Origin: Planctomycetota bacterium
GTDB lineage: Bacteria > Planctomycetota > JADGBV01
Assembly (NCBI GenBank): GCA_015231345.1
Contig: JADGBV010000002.1
Location: 1-39,105, forward strand
DNA length: 39,105 bases
Direction of reading: 5' to 3'
The notes beneath the pieces were generated by a model, which was not told the origin of the DNA, searched no databases, and saw nothing but the letters and a program-made list of their open reading frames with translations. This document shows positions 1 through 9,503 of the stretch, one piece after another. How positions within the stretch are numbered: position 1 is the stretch's first letter; each line of letters starts with the position of its first letter. The position numbers were made by a program, and so were the translations under genes.

Positions 1-2
1 TT

Positions 3-104
3 GCCTCTAACCCTTGTTTGTACGATTCAGTTAAAGATGTGCTTAAGGGTGTCAAAGTACAATTCGAAAGCGATACTCAAAAAGGTAAGGGGGTTCAATC
101 ATGA
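3..104 (+). CDS. 3' end of an upstream CDS (partial, product unknown)
   Basis: Open frame from the window edge (ASNPCLYDSVKDVLKGVKVQFESDTQKGKGVQS*). Its TGA overlaps the yjbQ ATG (ATGA at 101-104), typical of translational coupling. Confidence 0.45.
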   Translation, partial: ASNPCLYDSVKDVLKGVKVQFESDTQKGKGVQS

Positions 105-529
105 GCTGGTTTCAAAAGAGTATTTCTATAGCGCCCAAAAGTAGAGGTTTTCACTTGGTGACTTCTGAGTTTCTTGCTCAAGTGTCAGAGATAGGAAAGT
201 ATAAAGTAGGCCTGATCCATATTATGATTCAGCATACATCTGCTTCAATTACAATAAATGAAAATGCAGACCCAGATGTTCGAGTTGATTTTGAAAGTCA
301 TTTTCGCCATACTGTTCCGGATAATGCATCTTACTATATACACACATATGAAGGGAGTGATGATATGCCTGCTCATTTAAAATCGTCCCTTTTGGGTTGT
401 GAAATGACTCTTCCTATAGCTGATGGTTGTCTTCGCTTAGGAACCTGGCAGGGGATCTATCTTTGCGAGCATCGTATTTCGGCGGGCTCAAGAAAATTGA
501 TCGTAACCCTACAAGGTGAGTGCTATTGA
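101..529 (+). CDS. yjbQ: YjbQ/UPF0047 family protein (secondary thiamine-phosphate synthase)
   Basis: Motifs QHTSASITINENADPDVR, HTYEGSDDMPAHLKS and LGTWQGIYLCEHR; 142 aa. Confidence 0.93.
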   Translation: MSWFQKSISIAPKSRGFHLVTSEFLAQVSEIGKYKVGLIHIMIQHTSASITINENADPDVRVDFESHFRHTVPDNASYYIHTYEGSDDMPAHLKSSLLGCEMTLPIADGCLRLGTWQGIYLCEHRISAGSRKLIVTLQGECY

Positions 530-674
530 AACACTGCTTTATAAAGCTAAGTGTTTATGATTCAGTTGTTAAAGCGAATAGGTCAAGTCTCATTTAAACT
601 CATATAAAAAAAATCATTGATTTGATTTGAGCATAGCATAGAATGGGGTGCTCTAACCTCTTCGAGGTCGATCT

Positions 675-1868
675 ATGACGACTCTGAATAATTTTAGGGG
701 AAAAGTGAAAAAATATCACATTCACTCTTCCTATTGCAGTAGACTGATATTGTCCACCATACTTCTTGCCTGCACTGTGTTTGATTTGAGTGCTGAAAAT
801 GGTGTGTGTGGTGATGAAATTCTTATTGGGCAATCTTGTGCGTTGAGTGGGCCTGCTCAAGCTTTAGGTCAGGGTATGAAAGTTGGCCTTAATGCGTGTT
901 TTTCTGAAATAAATGATGCTGGCGGTATTAAAGGAAAAAAAATAAAACTCATTAGTATGGATGATGGTTACGAGCCTGATAAGGCTATTGCGAATACACG
1001 AAAACTAATAGAAACTGATAAAGTGTTCTTGCTAATTGGTGAAGTTGGTACGCCAACCTCTAAAGCTGTTGTTCCATTGAGTGAAGAAGCTGGAGTGCCT
1101 TTTATAGGCCCTTTTACTGGCGCAGGATTTTTGCGTGACCCCGCGAAGAAAATCCTTAATGTGCGTGGGAGTTATGATCAAGAAATGGAACGTTTAGCAC
1201 AGTACTTGGTCGACGAAAAGAAACTTAGTAAAGTCGCCTGTTTTTATCAGAACGATGGCTATGGCAAAGTAGGTTTGTCTGGTATTACGAAAGCTTTGAA
1301 AAGTCGGAATCTTGAGTTGGTTGCAACAGGAACCTATGAGAGAAATACAACGGCTGTAAAAGGTGGTTTGCTAAAAATCAGGAAAGCAAAACCTGATGCA
1401 GTGGTGATGGTTGGGGCTTATAAGCCTTGTTCAGCATTCATTAAGGTGGCTAAAAAAGCTGGCTTAAAGAAAACTATTTTTTGCAATATTTCATTTGTAG
1501 GCACCAAAGCTCTTCATGCTGATTTGGGTTCTGCTGGCGAAGGGTGTATTATTTCTCAAGTGGTTAATTATCCTTGGGATGACTCTTTGGCTTTGCATAA
1601 AGACTATCATGGTGCTTTGAAAAAGTATGCTCCTGACCAAGAAGTTGGTTTTGTTTCTCTCGAAGGTTATATGGTGGGAAAATTGTTCACTATGGTCGCT
1701 AGTCAAGTAGAAGGTGACTTAACCCGAAAAAGCTTTATGGCAACGGCTGAAAAAGTTGGTGTGTTTGATTTGGGCGGAGTGAAGCTTGAATACAGTTCTA
1801 GTGACCACCAAGGTATGGATGAGATTTTTCTTACTGTCATAAAAGATGGTAAGATAGTCCCTTTGTAG
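675..1868 (+). CDS. Periplasmic ligand-binding protein, LivJ/branched-chain amino acid (Peripla_BP_6) type; GTG at 705 is a plausible alternative start
   Basis: Signal peptide, then IGQSCALSGPAQALG, GGIKGKKIKLISMDDGYEP, GTPTS and FYQNDGYG, typical of type I periplasmic binding proteins. Confidence 0.88.
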   Translation: MTTLNNFRGKVKKYHIHSSYCSRLILSTILLACTVFDLSAENGVCGDEILIGQSCALSGPAQALGQGMKVGLNACFSEINDAGGIKGKKIKLISMDDGYEPDKAIANTRKLIETDKVFLLIGEVGTPTSKAVVPLSEEAGVPFIGPFTGAGFLRDPAKKILNVRGSYDQEMERLAQYLVDEKKLSKVACFYQNDGYGKVGLSGITKALKSRNLELVATGTYERNTTAVKGGLLKIRKAKPDAVVMVGAYKPCSAFIKVAKKAGLKKTIFCNISFVGTKALHADLGSAGEGCIISQVVNYPWDDSLALHKDYHGALKKYAPDQEVGFVSLEGYMVGKLFTMVASQVEGDLTRKSFMATAEKVGVFDLGGVKLEYSSSDHQGMDEIFLTVIKDGKIVPL

Positions 1869-1883
1869 ATCGTACAGTTTTAT

Positions 1884-1906
1884 AAGCTCCTGCTCTGCAG
1901 GAGCTT
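1884..1906 (+). terminator. Intergenic hairpin (terminator or mRNA-stabilising stem)
   Basis: AAGCTCCTGC-TCT-GCAGGAGCTT, a perfect 10-bp stem followed by GTTT, between the binding-protein and MCP genes. Confidence 0.5.
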
Positions 1907-1924
1907 GTTTCATAGGAATAAGAT

Positions 1925-4318
1925 ATGTCGCTTAAAGTTCGTCTCCTCCTTGGTTTTTTACTGTGCGCGGTGTTGGCCGTCTGTGCAGTAGGTGTTGGTG
2001 TCTACTCACTTCATGAAGTGAATAGTAACTTCTCGAAGACAGCCTCTCAGGTTCAGGGGACTTTAGAGTCACAAGGCTCATTGGGTCACCGTGTTAGTCT
2101 TCTCCGGAGTAGTATGGATGGGATACGCGAGGCTGAAAAAGAAGAGGCTCTTAATGAGGAACTTGAAGAAGCGAAGAGTGCTTCTCAAAATTCACCCGAG
2201 AGTGATATTGAACTATGGCAGAGTATTGTCGGTGAGCTTGCACCCATGCAGGCAGAAAGAATATCTGCCATAAGCTCTCAAGAGCAGGCTTTAGAGAATG
2301 CTCGAGTCGCAAGAGAAGGCATCGCAAGTGTTTCCAAAAATGCTGAAAAAGTACGTCAGCAAATTATGGCTGAAGTCAAATCGTTGGCGACAGAAGTTAC
2401 GGCCATTGCTGATACCGTTGATTTTAATTCCATATTGGCCATGGAGGATTCTTTTGAAGGGATTCTTGAAAGTGCGAAGGTGGAAGGTTATAAAATTGCT
2501 GAAGTGATGAAAGGTCACACAGGGGGAGGGAATATCACAGAAATTGAACTCAGGCAGACTCTAGAGGGCCTTATTTCAAGTTTTGATGCGAAACAGAAAG
2601 CGTCCAGCAAAGCCTTAAGTCAATCTATAGAGAAAGCTCAAGATATAATCTCAACTGCTTCAGATTCCTCAAAAAGCACATCGACTTTGATGAGTCATAG
2701 TAAAGAATTGCGTACTTTGGCTCTGGAATGTTTATTGGCAACTGATCCGTCTATGGTGGATTATTCTAAAAATCCCATGTCGACTCTTTTGGAAGATATT
2801 AAAGGAGGGGTCTCTAGCTTGGAAGAAGATGAGAATACCCTGAATGTATTAAAGATCCTTAAGGCAATGCCGCCTCTTTTTGAGGATATGCGTACGACTC
2901 GTAAGCAAGCCATAAGCAAAGAGGAGAATCGCGATCAGGCTCAGAAGGCTTTAGTGGAAGCTCGTCAGCTTACAAATGACGTCGAGAATAAAATGTCTCT
3001 TGTGGTGTCTTCAATTCGCGAGCAGTTAGAGGACAGTGAGAATGATTTGGCTTTGATGGTAAAAGATACTCAACAAACAACCAGTACTAATTTATCTTCT
3101 GTGTCCGATTTTGTTTCACAATGGATTGATCGTCTCTATGGTATTGGAATCGTGGCTTTTCTTGTTGCTCTTGTCTTAGGTGTTATTTCAGCTAGTGCCG
3201 TATCAAAGCCTTTACATCAATGTGTAGGGATGCTTAAAGATATTAGTCAGGGAGACGGCGATCTCACCAAACGACTGGATATTAAAGCGAAGCATGAAAT
3301 TGGCATTTTAGCCAATCACTTCAATACCTTTACGGATACGATTCATAATATTGTCAAGAATGTCTTTGATTGTTGCACTGAGCTTGCGAGTGCTTCAGAT
3401 GGCTTAAGTAAGTCGGCAAAAGAGATGACTTCAGATGCTCAAGGAATGAGTGAGAGAACAGGAAGTGTGGCATCAGTTATCACAGAAATGAATATGAATT
3501 TTACCACAATATCATCTGCTAGTGAAGAAATGTCCGTTAATCTGAATAATGTTTCTTCTGCAACGACAGAAATTGCCGATTCAATGAAAAATGTCACCAA
3601 GGCTGTTGAGGAGTTGAGTCAATCTTCTGAAAATATATCTAAAGACTGTGTATCTGGTTCAAGTCAAGCTGGAGATGCTCAAAAGAATGCTAAAGTATCA
3701 AGCGATATTATGAGCCGCTTAAGTGAGGCATCAGGTAATATAGGCGCTGTTGTGGATACCATTAAAGATATTGCTGATAAGACAAACTTGTTGGCATTGA
3801 ATGCGACGATCGAGGCCGCTTCTGCTGGTGATGCCGGTAAGGGCTTTGCTGTGGTGGCAGGTGAAATAAAAGAACTTTCCAGGCAGACCGCTTCGGCAAC
3901 AGAGGAGATAGCGAAGTTGATCGAAAATGTAAAAGAGAGCTCAGAAGAGGCCGTCGGAGCCTCTCAAGAAATTTCAAAAACCATTGATGGTCTTCACTCT
4001 ACAGTAGAGACGATTTCCTCTTCAGTGCATCAGATGTCTACTACGACAGAAGGGGTAACAACGAATGTGGAAATGGCCTCTCAGAAAATTAATGATGTTG
4101 CTAATAATATCCAAGAAGCTTCTTCGGGAGTGAATGAAATTGCAGCAAATATCCAAGAAGGTTCCAAAGCAATTGGAGAGATTGACGAAAATATACAAGG
4201 CGTGAATACGTTGGCGCAAAAAAATGCTCAAGGGTCGAGTGCTACAGCAGAGGCTGCCGGTAAAATTTCTGATACAACGATGAATTTAAAAGGTCTTGTG
4301 GGTCGTTTTAAATTGTGA
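1925..4318 (+). CDS. Methyl-accepting chemotaxis protein (TM1, large helical periplasmic domain, TM2, HAMP, signalling domain)
   Basis: HAMP-like [27 protein letters not shown]; hairpin tip [37 protein letters not shown]. Confidence 0.96.
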   Translation: MSLKVRLLLGFLLCAVLAVCAVGVGVYSLHEVNSNFSKTASQVQGTLESQGSLGHRVSLLRSSMDGIREAEKEEALNEELEEAKSASQNSPESDIELWQSIVGELAPMQAERISAISSQEQALENARVAREGIASVSKNAEKVRQQIMAEVKSLATEVTAIADTVDFNSILAMEDSFEGILESAKVEGYKIAEVMKGHTGGGNITEIELRQTLEGLISSFDAKQKASSKALSQSIEKAQDIISTASDSSKSTSTLMSHSKELRTLALECLLATDPSMVDYSKNPMSTLLEDIKGGVSSLEEDENTLNVLKILKAMPPLFEDMRTTRKQAISKEENRDQAQKALVEARQLTNDVENKMSLVVSSIREQLEDSENDLALMVKDTQQTTSTNLSSVSDFVSQWIDRLYGIGIVAFLVALVLGVISASAVSKPLHQCVGMLKDISQGDGDLTKRLDIKAKHEIGILANHFNTFTDTIHNIVKNVFDCCTELASASDGLSKSAKEMTSDAQGMSERTGSVASVITEMNMNFTTISSASEEMSVNLNNVSSATTEIADSMKNVTKAVEELSQSSENISKDCVSGSSQAGDAQKNAKVSSDIMSRLSEASGNIGAVVDTIKDIADKTNLLALNATIEAASAGDAGKGFAVVAGEIKELSRQTASATEEIAKLIENVKESSEEAVGASQEISKTIDGLHSTVETISSSVHQMSTTTEGVTTNVEMASQKINDVANNIQEASSGVNEIAANIQEGSKAIGEIDENIQGVNTLAQKNAQGSSATAEAAGKISDTTMNLKGLVGRFKL

Positions 4319-4460
4319 TTTCTGTTTCTCTATTCGTATCGTTGATCTTCCAGTCTCATTAAGATAGTCATGTGTTTATTAAGCTAGGAGCCTTGCTTCT
4401 ATTCTAGATTCTTGCTCAGGCGTAGTATACGCTTCTGATTTCCTTGATGATTAAGATAAA

Positions 4461-5141
4461 ATGGATCCTAGAGAAGCTATTATTTGGTATGCTGTCTTTG
4501 TTTTCTCAGCCACTCTTCACGAGGCTGCACACGCCTATTTTGCTAAAAAAGGCGGTGATTTAACGGCCTATCTGGGAGGGCAAGTCTCCCTTGATCCTCT
4601 GCCGCATATGAGAAGAGAGCCAGTTGGCATGGTGATTTTGCCTTTGGTTTCGCTATACTTTATGGGGTGGCCCATTGGTTTTGCGTCCGCACCTTATAAT
4701 TTGCAATGGGCGTATGATAATCATAGGAAGGCAGCTAAAATGGCTCTCGCTGGGCCCATGTCTAATTTATGCATGGTGGTGCTGTCTGTTATTCTGATGA
4801 AAATAGGCTTATCGATGGGCTATTTTGTGCCTCCAGAAGCCAAAAGATTGGCGCAGTTAGTTACGGGAGCCGAGACAGGGGTGGCAGTTAATATTAGTAT
4901 ATTGCTAAGCACTTTCTGCTCTCTGAACCTGGTGCTTACTATTCTTAATCTCATTCCTCTGCCTCCTCTTGATGGCAGTGAAATTATTTCTTTTTTTCTG
5001 ACGAAAGCTCAAGCTCGAAAATACAAGGACTTTATGCATCGGCCAGGCCTAAGCCTGATGGGGATGTTTATTGCTTGGAATGTTTTCCCAGCTTTATTCG
5101 GCCCTGCCATTAACGTCGTTTTGCAGCTTATTTATAGTTAG
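4461..5141 (+). CDS. Site-2 protease family (M50) membrane metalloprotease
   Basis: HEAAH zinc motif, ALAGP and NLIPLPPLDG motifs; several hydrophobic segments. Confidence 0.92.
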   Translation: MDPREAIIWYAVFVFSATLHEAAHAYFAKKGGDLTAYLGGQVSLDPLPHMRREPVGMVILPLVSLYFMGWPIGFASAPYNLQWAYDNHRKAAKMALAGPMSNLCMVVLSVILMKIGLSMGYFVPPEAKRLAQLVTGAETGVAVNISILLSTFCSLNLVLTILNLIPLPPLDGSEIISFFLTKAQARKYKDFMHRPGLSLMGMFIAWNVFPALFGPAINVVLQLIYS

Positions 5142-5172
5142 TCGCATTAACAGCCCTGCTTCCCAAAGCAAA

Positions 5173-6006
5173 CTATTTATCAGCTTCGCCTTTAGACTCG
5201 CCTGCAGTTATATGCTTGAAAAGCATAGAAATAGGATTTAAGTTCCCTGGAATTGTTTTGGCTAAGCCGCGGCTATCCACTTCAGTCATGGTAATAACTT
5301 CGGGTAATAATACCTTCCCAACCTCTTTATACTTAATAGAAATATTGCGGTAGTGCGGAACCTTATGGCGAAATTGCACCATTTGCAGCTCAGAAAAATA
5401 ATGCCTATCAGCGATAGTATGAGAGATGAAGTTGATTTGTGTTTCGGTCTCATCATCGTGTACTGTAAGTGAGCGTAACTTCCCCTTCATATCCATTTCG
5501 AATGCTACAAATGAGGGGCGGTCTAGCCTTTTGTCAGGCTTTGCTTGTTTTCGGTCTTTAAACTGGAACTCTGTGGATGTCGGTTTGACGACAATTTTAG
5601 AGTGAAAATCCTCTTTATGCTCAGCTACTTTTTTAAGCCGAAAAAGGGGGTCATTATCGAGGACTTCTTGGTAGGCTTTTTTGAAATCATTTTCGATTTC
5701 GAAAAAATATTGTCTTACAAAATCCTTAAGGGGCTCACTTTTTCCGATAAGTTCTATCTGGCAAGATTGCCGACTAGCCGTAAATTTGATGTTGACCTTT
5801 TCGAATAATTGACGGTAAAATCTAGGCAGTACTCTTTCAAATTCAGGAAAATGAAGAGTTCCGACAAGTTTTGTTTCCCCATGAATGATGGGGTCATATT
5901 GGGATAATGCTGCTTGTAAATCTTTGAATGTTGCAGCACATGCGCTTTGACATAAAACTGCCAAGCAGAGAAGTGTTAGGCAGCGCTTCATTCTGAACAA
6001 CTGCAT
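5173..6006 (-). CDS. Hypothetical exported protein
   Basis: 277-aa ORF with signal-peptide-like N-terminus (MKRCLTLLCLAVLCQSACA), 12 nt downstream of flgM; no family recognised. Confidence 0.7.
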   Translation of the reverse strand: MQLFRMKRCLTLLCLAVLCQSACAATFKDLQAALSQYDPIIHGETKLVGTLHFPEFERVLPRFYRQLFEKVNIKFTASRQSCQIELIGKSEPLKDFVRQYFFEIENDFKKAYQEVLDNDPLFRLKKVAEHKEDFHSKIVVKPTSTEFQFKDRKQAKPDKRLDRPSFVAFEMDMKGKLRSLTVHDDETETQINFISHTIADRHYFSELQMVQFRHKVPHYRNISIKYKEVGKVLLPEVITMTEVDSRGLAKTIPGNLNPISMLFKHITAGESKGEADK

Positions 6007-6018
6007 TGAAAGTCTTAT

Positions 6019-6288
6019 TTAAAGCAGAGAAGAGAGTTTTTCCACAACGCTTTGAATGCGTTGTTCTGTAAAATAACTTCCGGACTCAAGCTCTCGCTTA
6101 ACTTCATCGATAAGATCTTGTCGACTAGGGTCAATATCAGCAAGCTTTTCTTTAAGCTCGCCTAAATTTGGCCCGGAAAAACTATCAGTTTCAAGCTCTG
6201 AAGACTCTTTCGTCTCCGAGTGCGCTGGGCGCCCTGACCTTCTTGAAGGGTCTTGGGGGGGTATGCCGTTGTATGATCCGATTTCCAT
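6019..6288 (-). CDS. flgM: Anti-sigma-28 factor FlgM family protein
   Basis: 89 aa with a disordered N-half and C-terminal RQDLIDEVKRELESGSY...IQSVVEKL resembling the FlgM sigma-binding helices; sigma28-like promoter directly upstream. Confidence 0.8.
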   Translation of the reverse strand: MEIGSYNGIPPQDPSRRSGRPAHSETKESSELETDSFSGPNLGELKEKLADIDPSRQDLIDEVKRELESGSYFTEQRIQSVVEKLSSLL

Positions 6289-6315
6289 GCCGAGAATTTA
6301 TTAGATTCAGTAATT

Positions 6316-6344
6316 AAATCGGCAGGAAAAAAGGGAATCTTTAG
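6316..6344 (-). promoter_or_regulatory. Sigma-28 (FliA)-type promoter of flgM
   Basis: Minus strand reads CTAAAG-N15-GCCGATTT, ending 27 nt before the flgM ATG; close to the TAAA-N15/16-GCCGATAA consensus. Confidence 0.75.
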
Positions 6345-6349
6345 AGAAA

Positions 6350-6823
6350 TTATACTTTAATTTTCTCGTCCATTTCTTGGACAGTATCGACCATTTCTTC
6401 TTCATTTGTTGCATTTCGAAGAAATTTGCAGAAAAATTCATCGCGTAGAGCTGTGCTGATGAATGTAAGTGCTTTAAGGTGATCTGTAGCGTTTTTATCG
6501 GGGGATAAAAGCATAAAAAAGAGAAAAACTGGTTCCCCATCTAAAGCGCCAAAAGTGACGCCTTTATCTGAGCGGCCAATGCAAAGCAGTGGTTTTTCGA
6601 TTGAAAGATGTTTGGTGTGGGGAACGGCGATTCCGTTGCCCACTCCTGTAGATCCCAGCTCTTCGCGACTAATGAGCTTCTCCAAAATTTCATCGTAGGT
6701 TCCGTCCTGGAGAAGGCCATTTCCCTGAATATGATTCAGGATTTCGGAAAGGGCTTCATCTCGAGTACCGGCTTCTAATTTGTAGATGATTGAGTTTTTG
6801 GCTAAAAGCTCTGAAAATGACAT
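6350..6823 (-). CDS. ptsN: PTS IIA component, nitrogen-regulatory/fructose-type
   Basis: REELGSTGVGNGIAVPH (phospho-His), FGALDGEPV and HLKAL; adjacent to hpf. Confidence 0.88.
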   Translation of the reverse strand: MSFSELLAKNSIIYKLEAGTRDEALSEILNHIQGNGLLQDGTYDEILEKLISREELGSTGVGNGIAVPHTKHLSIEKPLLCIGRSDKGVTFGALDGEPVFLFFMLLSPDKNATDHLKALTFISTALRDEFFCKFLRNATNEEEMVDTVQEMDEKIKV

Positions 6824-6855
6824 GGATTGCTCCGAATGTGAGTGAAAAATAAATC

Positions 6856-7152
6856 CTAGCGGTGGTGATCGTTTCGTTTGCCCATTAATTTTGAGACTAG
6901 ATTATCTAATTTTGATATGGCTACATCGCAAGCACCTGCATTAGAGGTTGCTTCCGCTTTGGCCACGAGAGGGTTTGAGTGCGCAACATGTAAGATGAGC
7001 TCAATGCCGTGTCGATCACCTTCGACATTTACAATGGCGTCAACTTTGGTAAGTCCTTGAACTTTTCTTTCGTACTTAGCAAGTTTCTCGCTGATAAGCT
7101 TCTTCTCACCATCCCTTAAATTGGTGTGTCTTCCAGAAATGACAATTTGCAT
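6856..7152 (-). CDS. hpf: Ribosome hibernation promoting factor HPF/RaiA (short form)
   Basis: MQIVISGRH start, 98 aa, sigma54-modulation/S30EA pattern; upstream of ptsN as is canonical. Confidence 0.85.
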   Translation of the reverse strand: MQIVISGRHTNLRDGEKKLISEKLAKYERKVQGLTKVDAIVNVEGDRHGIELILHVAHSNPLVAKAEATSNAGACDVAISKLDNLVSKLMGKRNDHHR

Positions 7153-7224
7153 ATTGTTTTTAGTCCTTAGTTGTAGGGATAATAGAATATGATACGCGAT
7201 TAACGAAAAATGAAATAGGGTTCC

Positions 7225-8535
7225 TTAGGTTTTTATAAAAGCTCGGTAAATGGCATTGATGGCCTTGTTGAAATCGGGCTCTTCAACGCCTAAAATGATG
7301 TTTAATTCGCTGGCGCCTTGGTCGATGAGGCGAATATTGATGCCTTCATCTGATAATGATCTGAAGACTGTCGCGGCAATGCCGGGGTGATAAGCCATGC
7401 CTGCACCTACAACAGCAATAAGGGCAATGCCTTCGTAAGTTGCGAGGTCGTCTACTTTTAAGGTTTGCTCAATTTCGCTAAGAACTTTCTTTCGTTTGGC
7501 GTCAAAAGCTTTCTGTCTAACTATGACTGAAACCGTGTCAATACCTGATGGTAAATGTTCTATGCTGAGCCCATTACTCTCGAAAATTTCTAATAATCGC
7601 CTGATGAAGCCGACTTCTTTATTCATGAGGATTTTCTGCATGAAGACAGCATCAAAGCCTTTTTTTCCAGCTAAACCAACAATGGGTGTGGCTCGGTGTT
7701 TCACTTTGCCAACGATGGATGTGCCTGCGTCGTCAGGTGAATTGGTGTTTTTTATGTGTACGGGGATATTTAGCCCTTTTACAGGGAAAATTGCTTCATC
7801 GTGAAGAACGTGAGCGCCCATGTAGCTGAGCTCGCGAAGTTCTGTGTAGCTCACCTCTGAAATGGGTTCTGGATTGGGCACAATACGTGGGTCAGCCATA
7901 AGGAGGCCACTGACATCGGTCCAGTTTTCGTAGACGTCTGCTTCCACTGCGCGGGCAATAATAGCTCCACTGATATCGGAGCCGCCACGGCTGAATGTTT
8001 TGACTTTGCCTGTAGGGTCAGAGCCATAAAAACCGGGAATGACACAGCGACCATTATTGTTGAGTGCTTTGGCGACTGCTGGATATGTTAGCTCTTCGTT
8101 AAGGCTGCCATCTTGGTCGATGGTGATGACCTGTGCTGGGTCGATAAATGTGGCTCCCAATAGTTCGGCGATAAGCTTGCCATTAAGGTATTCGCCCCTG
8201 CTGGCAGCATAATCTGAGCTTTCTGTGCTGAGTTGTTTCTCGATTTCTTTGAGTTCAGGGCCTAAGTCGTAATCGAGCTTTAAGTCTTTGCTGATTTCTT
8301 GGTAGCGTTTATTGATGACCTCAAGAATGGAGCCTGTGTCCATTTTGTTTTGGGCTGTTTCCCATGCCAAAAGGAGGAGGTCAGTGATTTTTTGATCATC
8401 ATCGGACCTTTTGCCTGGAGCACTAACAACGATATATTGTCTGGCTGGATCTGAGTCAACAATAGCCTTGACCTTTAAAATCTGCGAGGCGTCAGCAACA
8501 GATGACCCTCCAAATTTACAGGCAATTGTTTTCAT
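7225..8535 (-). CDS. lysC: Aspartate kinase (monofunctional, two ACT domains)
   Basis: KFGGSSVAD, VVSAPGKR, TFSRGGSDISG, ENWTDVSG and ELSYMGA motifs. Confidence 0.93.
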   Translation of the reverse strand: MKTIACKFGGSSVADASQILKVKAIVDSDPARQYIVVSAPGKRSDDDQKITDLLLLAWETAQNKMDTGSILEVINKRYQEISKDLKLDYDLGPELKEIEKQLSTESSDYAASRGEYLNGKLIAELLGATFIDPAQVITIDQDGSLNEELTYPAVAKALNNNGRCVIPGFYGSDPTGKVKTFSRGGSDISGAIIARAVEADVYENWTDVSGLLMADPRIVPNPEPISEVSYTELRELSYMGAHVLHDEAIFPVKGLNIPVHIKNTNSPDDAGTSIVGKVKHRATPIVGLAGKKGFDAVFMQKILMNKEVGFIRRLLEIFESNGLSIEHLPSGIDTVSVIVRQKAFDAKRKKVLSEIEQTLKVDDLATYEGIALIAVVGAGMAYHPGIAATVFRSLSDEGINIRLIDQGASELNIILGVEEPDFNKAINAIYRAFIKT

Positions 8536-8637
8536 CTCGGCTTAGGTTGACCTATGGCATGCGTAGAGTGCCGGGCATGCTATGGAGACCAAGTTTTTGG
8601 CAAGAGTGGCTAAATTTTGTTGGGACTATGATGAAAT

Positions 8638-9477
8638 TTAGCGGTGATAATAGCCAGATGGCATGGGTCTGCCCTTTTTTCCTTTCTTGAAGGAGCTTGG
8701 CTTAATCTTGCTTTCTTCTTTGCTTGCTGAGTCTAAACTGCTAGCTAAATCGTAGGCTATAACATCGAGGAAGCCTTGTTTGGTTCGCAGGAATCTTTCT
8801 TTGCCCCAGCCATAATCCTGAGAATCATGTGTTTTGAGGTAGTGATTGAGTTTTTGTGAGAAAATACTGCTGCTGCCATCGTAAAAAGCACTTTTATTCC
8901 AAAGCTGCCTAAAAAATGTAGGGTTGTAATTGTTTAAGGGGACTCCGGAGTGAGCTAGGCTCGATATTTCTGTTGCAGTGGCAAAGCGGTCTAAGCGTGT
9001 GAGGTAAAAACGCATAGAAAGAGAGAGTTTTGGTGGGTAGTACATATTGTACTGTTTAATGACACCAAAAACGAGCGCATCAACATCCAGAAGATTACCG
9101 ATCTCTTTTAAGTCATCCTGGCGCGTGATATTATAGCTTGTTCCCTCTAGTTGATCTAAAGCTTGTCTGGGATAGAGCACTGAATTAAAAGTCTCAGAGC
9201 CAACCAGGTGATTGGCGAAAGCTTCTGCTGTGTTATTAAGGTCGATAATATCGACGTTGTGATCTAATTCGTTTGTTCGGTCAATAAAAGGTAAAATGGC
9301 GATGTCTTTAATTTGCGACATCACTTCATGTTCAGGCAGCTGGCTAACATCTACCTGCTCAACCTTTTTGGGTTGCCAGACAGTGCCATCGTAAGGGTGT
9401 TGTCGCTTATCTCTGCAAGAAGATAAAGTTAAGCTGAGCAGAAGGGCACCTGCGATGAAACTGCCTTTTTTAATCAC
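8638..9477 (-). CDS. Lipoprotein with probable CsgG/LpoB/TolB-N-like alpha/beta domain
   Basis: Lipobox LTLSS-C; IAILPFIDRT and EIGNLLDVDALVFGVI are patterns of the TolB_N/CsgG-like fold (inference). Confidence 0.6.
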   Translation of the reverse strand: MIKKGSFIAGALLLSLTLSSCRDKRQHPYDGTVWQPKKVEQVDVSQLPEHEVMSQIKDIAILPFIDRTNELDHNVDIIDLNNTAEAFANHLVGSETFNSVLYPRQALDQLEGTSYNITRQDDLKEIGNLLDVDALVFGVIKQYNMYYPPKLSLSMRFYLTRLDRFATATEISSLAHSGVPLNNYNPTFFRQLWNKSAFYDGSSSIFSQKLNHYLKTHDSQDYGWGKERFLRTKQGFLDVIAYDLASSLDSASKEESKIKPSSFKKGKKGRPMPSGYYHR

Positions 9478-9503
9478 GAATCAATCTTGATAAAATTTAA
9501 ATA

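Noticed and set aside
8536-8637. Possible lysine riboswitch or attenuator upstream of aspartokinase (GGCATGC...GCATGCT inverted repeat)
   Set aside because: The 102-nt spacer is too short for an L-box and lacks recognisable motifs; the stem pairs better on the non-coding strand.
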